Source of the DNA: Octopus sinensis
Taxonomy: Eukaryota
Length of the DNA stretch: 64,000 nucleotides
Direction: 5' to 3'
Assembly (NCBI RefSeq): GCF_006345805.1
Contig: NC_042997.1
Span: forward strand, 134,540,001-134,604,000
The notes under the pieces are model-generated. The model was not told where the DNA came from and made no database searches. It was given only the letters and a program-made list of their open reading frames with translations. Positions within the stretch are counted from its first letter, which is position 1, and each line of letters opens with the position of its first letter. The position numbers were made by a program, and so were the translations under genes. Of this stretch, positions 13,067 through 24,921 are shown in pieces.

Positions 13067-13399
13067 TACGGTGACCAGTGAATAGATTTCACTGTAAATA
13101 GATATATTTGCGAAGGCTTGGCAAGTATCACCGCTAGAGGGGACACGCTACCCTGGACTGATGACGGGAAATACCCAGAAACATGCATGTCTTCAGGTTG
13201 CTAGTCCTAGCTGGAGGTGGTGCTTGCCTCCCCTTTGCAAATATAAGGACACAGGAAATGTGTCAAAGCCGGCAGGAAGCGTCGATGCTTTCTAGGGCTA
13301 TATAGCGGTGTGTAATTCCCTCTACGGCACTGTCACGTTATGTTGACTTTATACAACCACTCTATCGCTCCACCACCGGTCATGTCTCGTTGAGACATA
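13067..13399 (+). mobile_element. ~330-bp hammerhead-containing insert (retrozyme-like or Penelope-derived) flanked by direct repeats
   Basis: tagaaattcaatatttctaat is duplicated exactly at 13046-13066 and 13400-13420 (27 bp with one mismatch). Confidence 0.6.
13152..13197 (+). ncRNA. Type I hammerhead ribozyme motif, GUC cleavage triplet
   Basis: cctgga CTGATGA cggg aaata ccca GAAA c atgcat gtc ttcagg: 6-bp stem I, intact core, stem II, stem III with palindromic loop. Confidence 0.8.
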
Positions 13400-13849
13400 T
13401 AGAAATTCAATATTTCTAATATATATATATAAAAATATATCTCTTTTTCTCTTTTTACTTGTTTCAGTCATTTGACTACGGCCATGCTGGAGCACCGCCT
13501 TTAGTCGAGCAACTCGACCCCGGGACTTATTCTTTTTGTAAGCCTAGTACTTATTCTATCGGTCTCTTTTTGCCGAACCGCTAAGTAACGGGGACGTAAA
13601 CACACCAGCATCGGTTGTCAAGCAATGCTAGGGGAACAAACACAGACACACAAACACACACACACACATATATATATATACATATATACGACAGGCTTCT
13701 CTCAGTTTCCGTCTATCAAATCCACTCACAAGGCATTGGTAGGCCCGGGGCTATAGCAGAAGACACTTGCCCAAGATGCCACGCAGTGGGACTGAACCCG
13801 GAACCATGTGGTTGGTTAGCAAGCTACTTACCACACAGCCAATCCTGCG

Positions 13850-14090
<241 letters not shown>

Positions 14091-14152
14091 TAAAAAAGTA
14101 TCTGGCTTAAATATATATATTCAAAAAGTATCTGGCTACAGAAAATAAAATC

Positions 14153-14183
<31 letters not shown>

Positions 14184-15082
14184 GATTTTACCTTCTGTAG
14201 CCAGATACTTTTTAAATATGCACAGAATTATCCCAGTATACAATTATACATAAGTCATGCATAAGTATTTGATTATGATCCCATCTCTATATATAGATAT
14301 AATTTTTTTAATTTCTTAGTTTAATTCTCTTATATATTGATATTTTTTAGCAACCTAGATCTTTAACTATTCTTACAACTATTTTTGTTTTATTTTTAAT
14401 TCAAAAGTTTATAATATAATATAATATAATATAATATAATATAATATAATATAATATAATATATATAATATATTTAAATAATTTTCTAATATTATAATTT
14501 TTATATAGTTTTTATAATGTATTTAAAATCTTTTTTTTATAATATACAGTGTATGAGTATACCTACATCGCCACTACAAATTCGTGCATCTATATATAAA
14601 ATTATTTATGTACATATGTGTTACACGGGTATAGTTGTTCAGTGTAAAAGAATGTTTCTATGTACACTGTCGTATACAGAGTGCATATATACACTATCGT
14701 ATGTTTCGAGGTATGATTATCTTTTTGTCTATACTTGTCAGTGTATATATTGTATATGTGTATATACGCAAATATATACACGTAATTGTTGTTTTACTTA
14801 CACAAAATCAGGGTTTTATTTTATACTTGATTATTTAGTTGTACCACTATTTACATGCAAAAATCTTTATGTGTATATCTATATATGATATGGTTCTTTT
14901 TGAGTAACCATATCCACACAGGCGCAGGAGTGGATATGTGGTAAGTAGCTTGCTTACCAACCACATGGTTCCGGGCTCAGTCCCACTGCGTGGCACCTTG
15001 GGCAAATGTCTTCTACTATAGCCTCAGGTCGACCAAAGCCTTGTGAGTGGATTTGGTAGATGGAAACTGAAAGAAACCCGTC

Positions 15083-15135
<53 letters not shown>

Positions 15136-17110
15136 GTGTGTGTGTGTGTGTGTGTGTGCGCGTGTGTGTGTGTGTGTGTGTTGTGTGTGTGTATGTGTGT
15201 CTGTGTTTGTCCCCACCAACATCGCTTGACAACCGATGCTGTTGTGTTTACGTCCCCGTAACTTAGCAGTTCGGCAAAAGTGAACGATAGAATAAGTACT
15301 AGGATTTCAAAGAATAAGTCTTGGAGGCGAGTTTCTCGACTAAAGGCAGTGCTCCAGCATGGCCGCAGTCAAATGACTGAAACAAGTAAAAGGGTAAAAG
15401 AGTAATATATACATATATACCAATATTTTAATTTTTTACCGATCTCTAGACCATTATCCCCCTTTATCTTCTATTTATCTTCTATTTTTTATTTATTATC
15501 TCCCCATCACCAATAATATTTACTTTCTCTGAAATTACTCTCTAATCCTTTCGATATATATTTTTCTATGTACTATTCCAAAGATGTTTTAAAATTTTAG
15601 CAGCGAATATATCCTCTAAGCTTCATATATTTATTTATTTTCCTTATAACTTTTATACTTTTCCTATATGGTCGTATTAACCGCCTATTAGTATCTAACT
15701 TTAACTACAGTCCGTAAATTACCTATTTTCCTCACATATGTTTTATTTAATTACTATTATAAAGTTTATATACTACTAACCATTGACGAGAGCCCTAAAC
15801 ATCTTTTCTTATTTGTAAAAAAAAACTGTATTGATTATGAACGGAGAAATATAAATTTCATTCTCCCGTATTTAAAAATTACGTACTTCCTTATTTGGCT
15901 TTTCAACTCCAATTGCTTATTCCCTCCTATATGGAGGTATTAACTAGATTATTTACACTAATCTATAGAGAGAAAGTCAATTATATTTCTATGTTTTATT
16001 CCATCACCTGACCGTTACTCGTTCGTCGTGTTTTAAATACTAGAACAATTATTTTTTAGAAAAATTTCGTAAGAACACAATACCCATGTAATTCCAAAGT
16101 TCTACTTTTTCTTTAAGCTTTTTTTTCTTATTGTGCTACTGGTGAGTATCGTTGACAATTCAGATTCTTAAAATTAATTTATCGTCTTTTTGTACGAAAC
16201 GATCGTCTAGCGAATTGAATAAATGTTTTAACATCTAATCTCCATTTATAAAAAAAAATCTGATTGAATTTGTCGAACTTTGCTCTATAACTTAAATCAT
16301 ATACTTAATATACTGGGAATCGAAACCACAATCCGACGAGCACGAATGCAACATTGCTAATCACTTTACATACACACATACATACATACATACATACATA
16401 CATACATACATACATACATACGTACGTACATACATATTGAAATTTCACATAATGGTCTGCTCTAATTAAATGGAGCTAAAAAAAGGGTGGTAGAGACAAA
16501 AGCGTATAATTAAATAGACTATATGCATTTGCGATGCATCTCTGTAAAAGACCTAGGGAGAATATTATTAAAAAAATATATATATAAGAGACAATAAAAC
16601 CAATGGCTGGGTATAAAACAAATTAAAACCCATGAAAATTTCATTAGAAACCAATTATTAGTAAATACTTTAGTTATTCGAACACAACAATACGTACATA
16701 ACAATCTTCTTCGGTTAATCTCCAAACTGGAGATTAACCCGGTTTCCATGGCGTATAAGTGAGATTACAACACTCATCCTGGATAGGACGCCAATCCGTT
16801 GCGGAGTTAATTCGCCAGTCGTTGCTGGAAATCATTTACAGCTGAGTAGAGTAGAACAATGTGAAGCGAACTGTTTTACTCAAGAATACGACGCAATAGC
16901 CAGTCTGGGAATCGAAACCGCAATCCGACGAGCACGAATGCAAAATTTTTAATCACTTTATACACACGCCACTAAAATCTTTGATAAAAATACTAAAGAA
17001 TCTATTAGAAAAAAGACAATTAAAGGGAAGAAACTTAGATTTAAATGTCACTGAGTTATCGCCTCTTCCAAACTGAAGCAACATTCACTTGTAGTCTTTA
17101 CATTCTGAGT

Positions 17111-17438
17111 GTGAGAGCGCGTGGCTTAATGGTTAGGGCATTCGGCTCATGAACGTAAGGTTGTGAGTTCGATTCCCGGCGACGCGTTGTGTCCTTGAGC
17201 AAGACACTGTATTTCACGTTGCTCCAGTCCACTCAGCTGGCAAAAATGAGTAGTACCTGTATTTCAAAAAAGGGCCAGCCTTGTCACACTGTGTCACGCT
17301 GAATCTCATTATGGACTACGTTAAGGGTACAAGTGTCTGTGGAATGCTCAGCCACTTGCACGTTAATTTCACGAGCAAACTGTCCCGTTGATCGTATCAG
17401 CTGGGACCCTCATCGTCGTAACCGACGGAGAGCTCCAA
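17111..17438 (+). mobile_element. SINE family 4 nested in a family 3 SINE, 11-bp TSD acattctgagt
   Basis: TSD at 17100-17110 and 17439-17449; tRNA-like head. Confidence 0.85.
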
Positions 17439-18389
17439 ACATTCTGAGTTCAAATTTCCCGAGGTCGACTTTGCCTTTCATTCTTTCGGGGTCGATAGAC
17501 TAAGTACCAGTTACGTACTGGGGCCGATCTAATCGACTAGTTCCCTCACCCAAAATTTCGGGCCTTCTGCCTAGAGAAGAATAGGATATCTAGTCTCAGT
17601 CAAAAGAAATATATTCACAGACATGTCAGAGCCGGAACAATATGGTATACGCCAGAAAAAGAAAAGCAATCAACCAAGCTCTAATACATGCATGTTACAG
17701 TACGCCTATATAATCGATCCCATATTTAGTTGACAATAATGCTACAAAGATAGAGAGAAATTAGATCCTATTCCCTTTAAGAATAAAATAACATTATTTC
17801 TCTCATTGTCTCTCTCCTTCCCTCTTTATTTCTTTCTGGTTGATCAAATATGTATGTCACGCTATTCGAAACGTGTGTAGCTAATTAGATCATTGATTCA
17901 CCCTTTCACTTTATATAGATATACAAGCTACGCGAGGGCGTTTATACTTCCATATCCGTTAACGGTTATATTTAATACTCTTTTCGCTATGTTGCGTGTT
18001 GGGTTATTTTAGGCATCTGTTGTTTTATTCTTCTTCTTCTATATAAATGAATCTATATGCTTTAACTTGATGCTTTTCTTCACAAGAACTGAGAAGATAA
18101 ATGCAGAACAGTCATTTTAACGAGTTGTGTCTCTTTATCACACGAAGAGACACATCTGCACCGTCGAATGCTCCTGAACTAGTTGTTAAATATTTCACTC
18201 GTCAGGTATCGATGCTGAATGTGTCGAAACAATCATAGTGGTTAATAAAAACTCTCGTATCTTCCATCTTCCGTCTTTCATTAACCATGCATAACGAACA
18301 CTGTGAAAGTGACCGTACTTTGCCAGTAAAATACCAGGTATAAACCAATCGTTTTATTATCTAATATCTGATTTTATATATATACATAC

Positions 18390-18475
<86 letters not shown>

Positions 18476-18819
18476 TTAAAAATAGGATAAAATCTTCATA
18501 AGAATTTATCAAGTAGTCAGCGTTAAAAATCTCATAAGAGCAAAAATCCACCAATTTTTTCACTTAAATATATTTATTTATATTATATAGAGGGCATTAT
18601 TACACATAAATGCAACACGCTAGGAGGGACTCTTAAAGTCAAAACTACTAAAATAAATAAACATATCGTACCGAATGTTTATAAATGACTTGCTTCGAGA
18701 GTTGCCTTCAGTACGATATGTTTATTTTAGTAGTTTTGACTTTAAGAGTCCCTCTTAGCGTGTGGCATTTATGTGTAATATGCCCTCTATATATAATATA
18801 TATATATAATATATATATA

Positions 18820-18855
<36 letters not shown>

Positions 18856-18936
18856 GCAAGTTTATTTCATTTATGTTTATCTTGTGTAATTGAGCGTAAA
18901 ATTCACCACTTGACCAAAATATTTTCTGATTCACAG

Positions 18937-19459
18937 GTTAACATCCATCTTGCAATTTTCCTCCCCCTCTTGATTATATCTACAACATCACTTCCAACAG
19001 AATGTAAAACTCCATTAGACTTGAAAGTCCAGTACGAGAGACTGTCCTGGAAACCCGATGACAATACGTTTTATCTGCCGGTTGAGATGGTTTCAGCCAA
19101 AAACAAGCGGCAAAATCTGATCGTCGGAGATATGGATTGCCCAACATCTGCTTCTGCTGAAGATATCAAGGAGCATTCGAACTGTCCTTGGTTCTTGACT
19201 CCTACTCATGAGTTAATAGTTTTCCCTCCATCACGTAAGCAAGTAAATATGTCGCTGTACAGATTGTCTAGACGCAGACAGCAATCATTATTGTATAATG
19301 GTATACACTAAACACTTTGTTCTCAATCGTACAGATGAATGCGTAGATGGCATGTTTGTGTATAAACCAGTCGTGATTGATGTAGCCATATCCTGTGTAT
19401 GTGCTCGTAAAGTCGATGTGATAGCCAAAGGACAATACGACGACTACTATGAGACTTAA
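18937..19459 (+). pseudogene. IL17: IL-17-like gene 2, exon 2 with +1 frameshift at ~19245-19247 (pseudogene or assembly indel)
   Basis: Acceptor tcacag ends at 18936; reads VNIHLAIFLPLLII..SNCPWFL..FPPSRKQV. Removing one A from gtAAAta restores ICRCTDC..YCIMV..VLNRTDECVDGMFVYKPVVIDVAISCVCARK..DDYYET* and a 522-nt exon, the same length as g1 exon 2. Confidence 0.85.
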
Positions 19460-20911
19460 ATAGAGACAACTACCAACAATTACAATGCATGTAAAGCAAA
19501 CATTATTCAAAGCTTGATATATCATGTAGACCTCTACGTGGCTATAATAAACCTTTGTACATATTTCATTGGCTTGTTTTAGCGTATGTAAATGTGTTAT
19601 ACATACATCTACATTTCATAATCTTTAGTATATTCAATGAAATCCTACGTCATTAATATGAAATAATTTAACTTTGTTAAAAAAATTATCTAAGTAGTAG
19701 CATGATATTTAATTATATGTGTTATATATACAAAATATATAACTACACAAGACAGAGCAATATTATGCATTTTAACAGCTTTTTATCATTGATATTGATA
19801 CACATTCATGCACTCACGCACACAGACGTGCTTGTACACATACGTGCAATCTCTATATCACGCGTTCATTTCCTGCTTTTCATATTTACCGGCGATAGGT
19901 TGGTGGAATACCAGATATTTTAAAACAAATATGCTATGCATTATTCTGTCTGAATTAAAATCTCGTTCATATTTGACTGATGTTTTCATCTTAACTGTTC
20001 TCGGTGAAAATAAATACCAGAAACGTACTCAGTTAAAAAATATCAATTAGTCACCACTTATTCTTTATCTTCTTTCGAATACAGAAGGTGATATTGTACC
20101 GGTGGCTTCAAATTAACGACATAATTTTGAAGATAATAATAAAATACTTTACAATAATTAACGCGACGAGGATGGCTGACCTGTTGAATCAGTGGATCAT
20201 CGGACAAACACTGTGTGGAATTTTTTCTTTCTCAGCTGTTCTAATTTCAAATGCAGTTGAAGTCAAATTTGCTTATCGTCATTCTGGTGTCAAAAAAAAT
20301 GTAATTCCAATCAGGCAAAATGTTGGTTGCTTCAATCGAGCAACAACTCTCCACCAAAATAGATTAGGCACCAATTTAGAAGCCATTATCTGTTGTCATC
20401 GACTCAATTTTAGAATTCAAATTTTACAAGTTATTCATTTACAGCTTATGCCAAAATAAGCCCAACGATAGAAGTTTTATTCAAATAGGTTGTTAAGTCA
20501 CATGTAAGAAATTAAAATTCCTCTTTGTAAGAAAGTCAGGCTTTAAAAGGTAATCTTAGAGTAAAAATCACTTTCATAAAGCTTTAACAACAATGTTCTA
20601 TTTGTATCAAATTACATAGGTGTTGCCTTAGCAGAACGATGGGTAAAATGCTTTGTTATATTAAGATAAGTTTGTTTTGATCTAAGTTCACGTCCCACGA
20701 TATGAAGTGAACTTATTGTGCTCTTAGCATCAGTAAATTTGATACCAATAAATCACTGTGTTCCTTTGCATAAATTCATACATTCATACATACATACATA
20801 CATACATACATACATACATACATACATACATACATGCAGACAGACATACATACATACATGCATGCATACATACATACATACATACATACATAAATACATA
20901 CATACATATAT

Positions 20912-20990
<79 letters not shown>

Positions 20991-21289
20991 CACAAAGTAT
21001 GGGGGTTTAGTTCACGGGTGATCTAAAAGATTAGGTACGCTAGGTGAATGCTGTAACGGATTACTAGGATTCCAAAGGTTATACCCGAGACGGTAGTTAT
21101 GGAGCCATTGCAGATATCCGATATAGCAGACATATAAAGAGGACAACAAACGTTAAGGCAAGGCAGATATCTCATGTCATATACGTTATTATTATTGGGA
21201 AAAGTTCCAAGTCTTACAGCTGTTTCTGGGATATCCTAGAGTATGGGATATTCCGTCATCATAGACAAATAGAGAAAATGAGAAGGGTA

Positions 21290-21600
21290 TAGATTTACAT
21301 TATTTACATTCGACGGATATTTGTCCTCAACTTGTTTGTTGTTATCACAACGTTTCAGCTGATATACCCTTCAGCCTTCTTCAGATGTCTTGGGGAAATT
21401 TCGAACTTGGGTTCTCATTCGTAAGATATTTTTTCGATGTTGTTGTTGTTATTATCATTATTATTATCATCATCATCATCATCATTATTATTATCATTAT
21501 TATTATTGTTAGTGTTCAGGTCACTGCTTGGAACCGAACTCAGAATCTTGGGGTTAGTAACCCGCGCTCTTAACCACTATGCCATATGCTCGTGGGCACA
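21290..21600 (-). mobile_element. tRNA-headed SINE with internal (AAT)n and a hammerhead in its tail (21345-21388)
   Basis: Head with box A/B (tggcatagtggttaag..gagttcggttcc). Tail acat CTGAAGA a ggctga agggtata tcagct GAAA cg tt gtg. Other pieces: head 57335-57416 (+), tail 4623-4707 (+). Confidence 0.7.
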
Positions 21601-21605
21601 TATTT

Positions 21606-21661
21606 GTCTCTGATGACGGAATATCCCATACTCTGGGATATCCCAGAAACAGCTGTAAGAC
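21606..21661 (+). ncRNA. Type I hammerhead with long stem II and GUA triplet; inverted C3A-mutant copy at 21211-21266 (-)
   Basis: gtct CTGATGA cggaatatccca tactc tgggatatccca GAAA c agct gta agac. Confidence 0.7.
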
Positions 21662-22009
21662 TGACTTTTTTCCAATAATTCTCCTTTCTCTTTTTTTATT
21701 TCTTTATTGCCCACAAGGGGCTAAGCATAGTGGGGACAAACAAGGACAGACAAAGGGATTAAGTCGATTACATCGACCTCAGTGCGTAACTGGTACTTAA
21801 TTTATCGACCCCGAAAGGATGAAAGGCAAAGTCGACCTCGGTGGAATTCAAACTCAGAACGTAACAGCAGACGAAATACTGCTAAGCATTTCGTCCGGCG
21901 TGTTGTTTGCCGTGCCTTAACGTTTGTTGTCTTCTTTAACAATTGTATATATACACACACACTACACATAGACACACACACACGCGCGCACACACACACG
22001 CACGCACAC

Positions 22010-22059
<50 letters not shown>

Positions 22060-23529
22060 TCACACACCAAATTGATGTCTTATAAAACTGCTCCGCACAT
22101 ACGATAATAGCCTTGTAGAATACGAAAATTTTACCGTGCAGGCAGGCACTGAAAATGCTGTGGTATTTGTGGTGGGAAAGAAAGTTGAAAGTTATGCTTA
22201 AAATACTAATACTTTGAGAATATTAGTAGCCATGTTTTAAGATGTCTGTTACAAGAACAGCAATGCAAAATCATGAGACTGCTGATGTTATATGAATATG
22301 CAACTGCTGGGGATTTTCATAATGATAGGAATAAAAACAATTTGTTTTCTAATATTGTGTGAATATTGTATATTTTAGCGAAGCATGGTTTACATACATA
22401 CTATAACTAGTGACTCCAACTGATATTCATGAAATAAAAACAATCTAATATGGCTACAAATTCAATGTCACTCACGTTGTTTACTAAATTAATTAAGGGT
22501 AAGAATAAAGGATCAATTGCGCCCAGGATTTTGCTTGGCAAAATTCTTGTCAAGGGATGTAATTATTGTGTCTGAAGAAATAGTTACTTTACACATAGAA
22601 ATACGTTAATTTCTTATTTCAGCTACATTGATCTCATCAGTAAAGCGTTGGTTGTCTTAAATAAGCTTGATAATGCATAATTACACACAACGTAACATAT
22701 ATACATCAAAGGGCACTAACATAAGAAAGGTAATATTGACAAGTTTAATCAGAAATGTAAATGGAAGAATGTCATGTCATTCAGTAAAGTGTAAAATAAC
22801 TGACAAAAAGATCTGTAATGTTTTTTATACAAATATATTTTATTAAATGACAATTTATTATGCTAATAAATTAATACGTACAATGAATAAATGGATGTTT
22901 ATAAGATTGCCTTACATATTATAAATATATCTATGTTAAAGTATTTTACGTGTTACATTATTAATATTAAATATTATTATAAAAATAAATAAATGTTTAT
23001 AACGTGAGATTTGCACTTAAGAAATGAAATGAACGCATGAATTAATGGAAATAATTTAATAAAACTACCTAATTATCGCTTTCTTCTTTCAACACAAGGT
23101 TGTGGGAAATGAGACAGTGAATAATGAAATAAATAATGCTAGATAACACTATCATTAATTATTTCAGTAAATCGAAAAATTTAAAGCAAACTTGGACGCA
23201 TCTGGAAGTGACTTGAAATCAATCAATAAGGTTTTAAATAAACAATGCATGGCATTGCCAATTTTGAAGTTTCTGCTAAAACAGCAACTTATTACATTTA
23301 AGTATCGATTTCTGATCTATACACAAGATCAACGACTTGGAGAAAAGAACGTTACAATTTTATAGACGACAGTACATCAGTGGGTCTCTGTATAAATATA
23401 AAAGTGAATGGAAGTTGTGTACAATGTCCGACGAAAAAGATAGAAACAAAATGCAGTTAAACATGAAATATGATATAAAGGATATTGAAAACTATAAATA
23501 GACATGTTACAAAGATGAATCTTTTGACC

Positions 23530-23790
23530 AAGGTTGAAGTTGATGCCGAAAATAAAAGCATGATGATGCCGAAGAAGCAGTTCAAATACTGAATAAGAAC
23601 TTCTTGTGCGAGAGAAAATATTTTAGCCAAGTGTTGAGGAGTGGTGTCGCAGCATTATGCAGTAAAATATGTGGTGGGTGATAAGAAATACAAGAATGAC
23701 ATGTGCGGTCGCGTGCGCGTGTGCACAAGTTCTTGATTGAAGGATAGCTTGTGGAAGTTTCTCGTACATACATAAATAAATAATTCCTGT
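23530..23790 (-). pseudogene. Truncated IL-17 relic: intron 3' end plus signal-peptide part of exon 2 only
   Basis: Homologous to 24420-24720 and 52215-52510 (VLIQYLNCFFGIIMLLFSAS). The cystine-knot part is absent and the sequence jumps to 3'-flank sequence. Confidence 0.7.
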
Positions 23791-23964
23791 GACGGAGGTT
23801 TGTCACACATACATACATACATACATACATACATACATACATACATACATACATAGAGCCTAACCAAATTGTAATAAGTTATACATAGTATAACATAACC
23901 ACATGGTGGTTGATTATCAACAATCTTTACACGAAAGCAGGTAACAAATTGTTGTCAACTGCTT

Positions 23965-24483
23965 TTACGACTCATAATCTATATTATTTATAATTACATG
24001 ATCGATAATCCGCGCACATACACAGGCTGTGGCGACATTAATTTTACTAGGCTTATATACATAGAACCCCTTAATACATTCTCCTGTACGATGAAGAACA
24101 GGCATTTCAGCATATACTGTCACACAGCGGTAGTTGTTGTCAGTGCCGAGACAATGTTTACAGCGACACACAGCTTCAGTACGTAGTGGAGGGTAAACGT
24201 TTTTGTCATAGATAACTTTCAGGTACCAAGGACACGTGGAACGCCCGCGGGGAGCTCTGGTATAAGCAATAGATTTTGGGCAAAATTTATCCAAGTTCAG
24301 CAGTGGTAACTGTGTTGTTGCAAGTGAAGCTATATTAGCCGTGAAAATAAATTTATTGTGTAACCTGGAATGGATCTTATGACGGGCTTCCAAGTTCACT
24401 GGTTTTCTACATTGTCTCCGAAATGATGCCGAAGATACAAACATGATGGCGCTGAAGATGCAGTTCAAATACGGAATAAAGAC
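23965..24483 (-). CDS. IL17: IL-17-like cytokine gene 3, coding exon 2 (about 176 aa in total)
   Basis: Acceptor ttatacag, then VFIPYLNCIFSAIMFV (signal) .. RSTCPWYL..YPPLRTEAVCRCKHC..CVTV..VLHRTGEC..G.YVYKP...VATACVC. The first 19 codons of the ORF-track call are intronic. Confidence 0.9.
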   Translation of the reverse strand, partial: VFIPYLNCIFSAIMFVSSASFRRQCRKPVNLEARHKIHSRLHNKFIFTANIASLATTQLPLLNLDKFCPKSIAYTRAPRGRSTCPWYLKVIYDKNVYPPLRTEAVCRCKHCLGTDNNYRCVTVYAEMPVLHRTGECIKGFYVYKPSKINVATACVCARIIDHVIINNIDYES

Positions 24484-24921
24484 CTGTATAACAGAAAATA
24501 TTTTTGTCAAGTGGTGTGATATATTTTCAATATGACACATTTATCGACATAAAAATGCAAAAATAATCTTACTTAATTTAGAATATTTATAAAAGTTATT
24601 TTACATTTGAGAGAAATTATGTCGTAAACTACTTGATGGGTGATAAGAAATACCAGAATTCTATGTGCACGCGTGTGTGCTGGTTCTTGATTTAAAAGGA
24701 AACCACGCGGAAGCTTATTACGCACACCGTATAGAATACATTTCGTAGTACTCAAAAGATTTAAACCTGAGCAGGTAGAGTAAATGTAAATGTAAGGAGG
24801 AGAAAGGGGGATGGAAGGAGAGGGAGTAAATTGTATATCGGCTTGACTATCTCGATCTTGCTTGACCTCACATTTATATATATATATATATATATATGAG
24901 ATGGAGGTGGAAAAAGCGCGG

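Noticed and set aside
15420-16250. AT-rich tract possibly derived from an old retroelement; also ORF 20088-20459
   Set aside because: No recognisable motif could be recovered in any frame.
19243-19262. Rescue of the g2 frameshift by a cryptic intron (GTAAAT..ACAG)
   Set aside because: It would be only ~20 nt long and would delete conserved cysteines.
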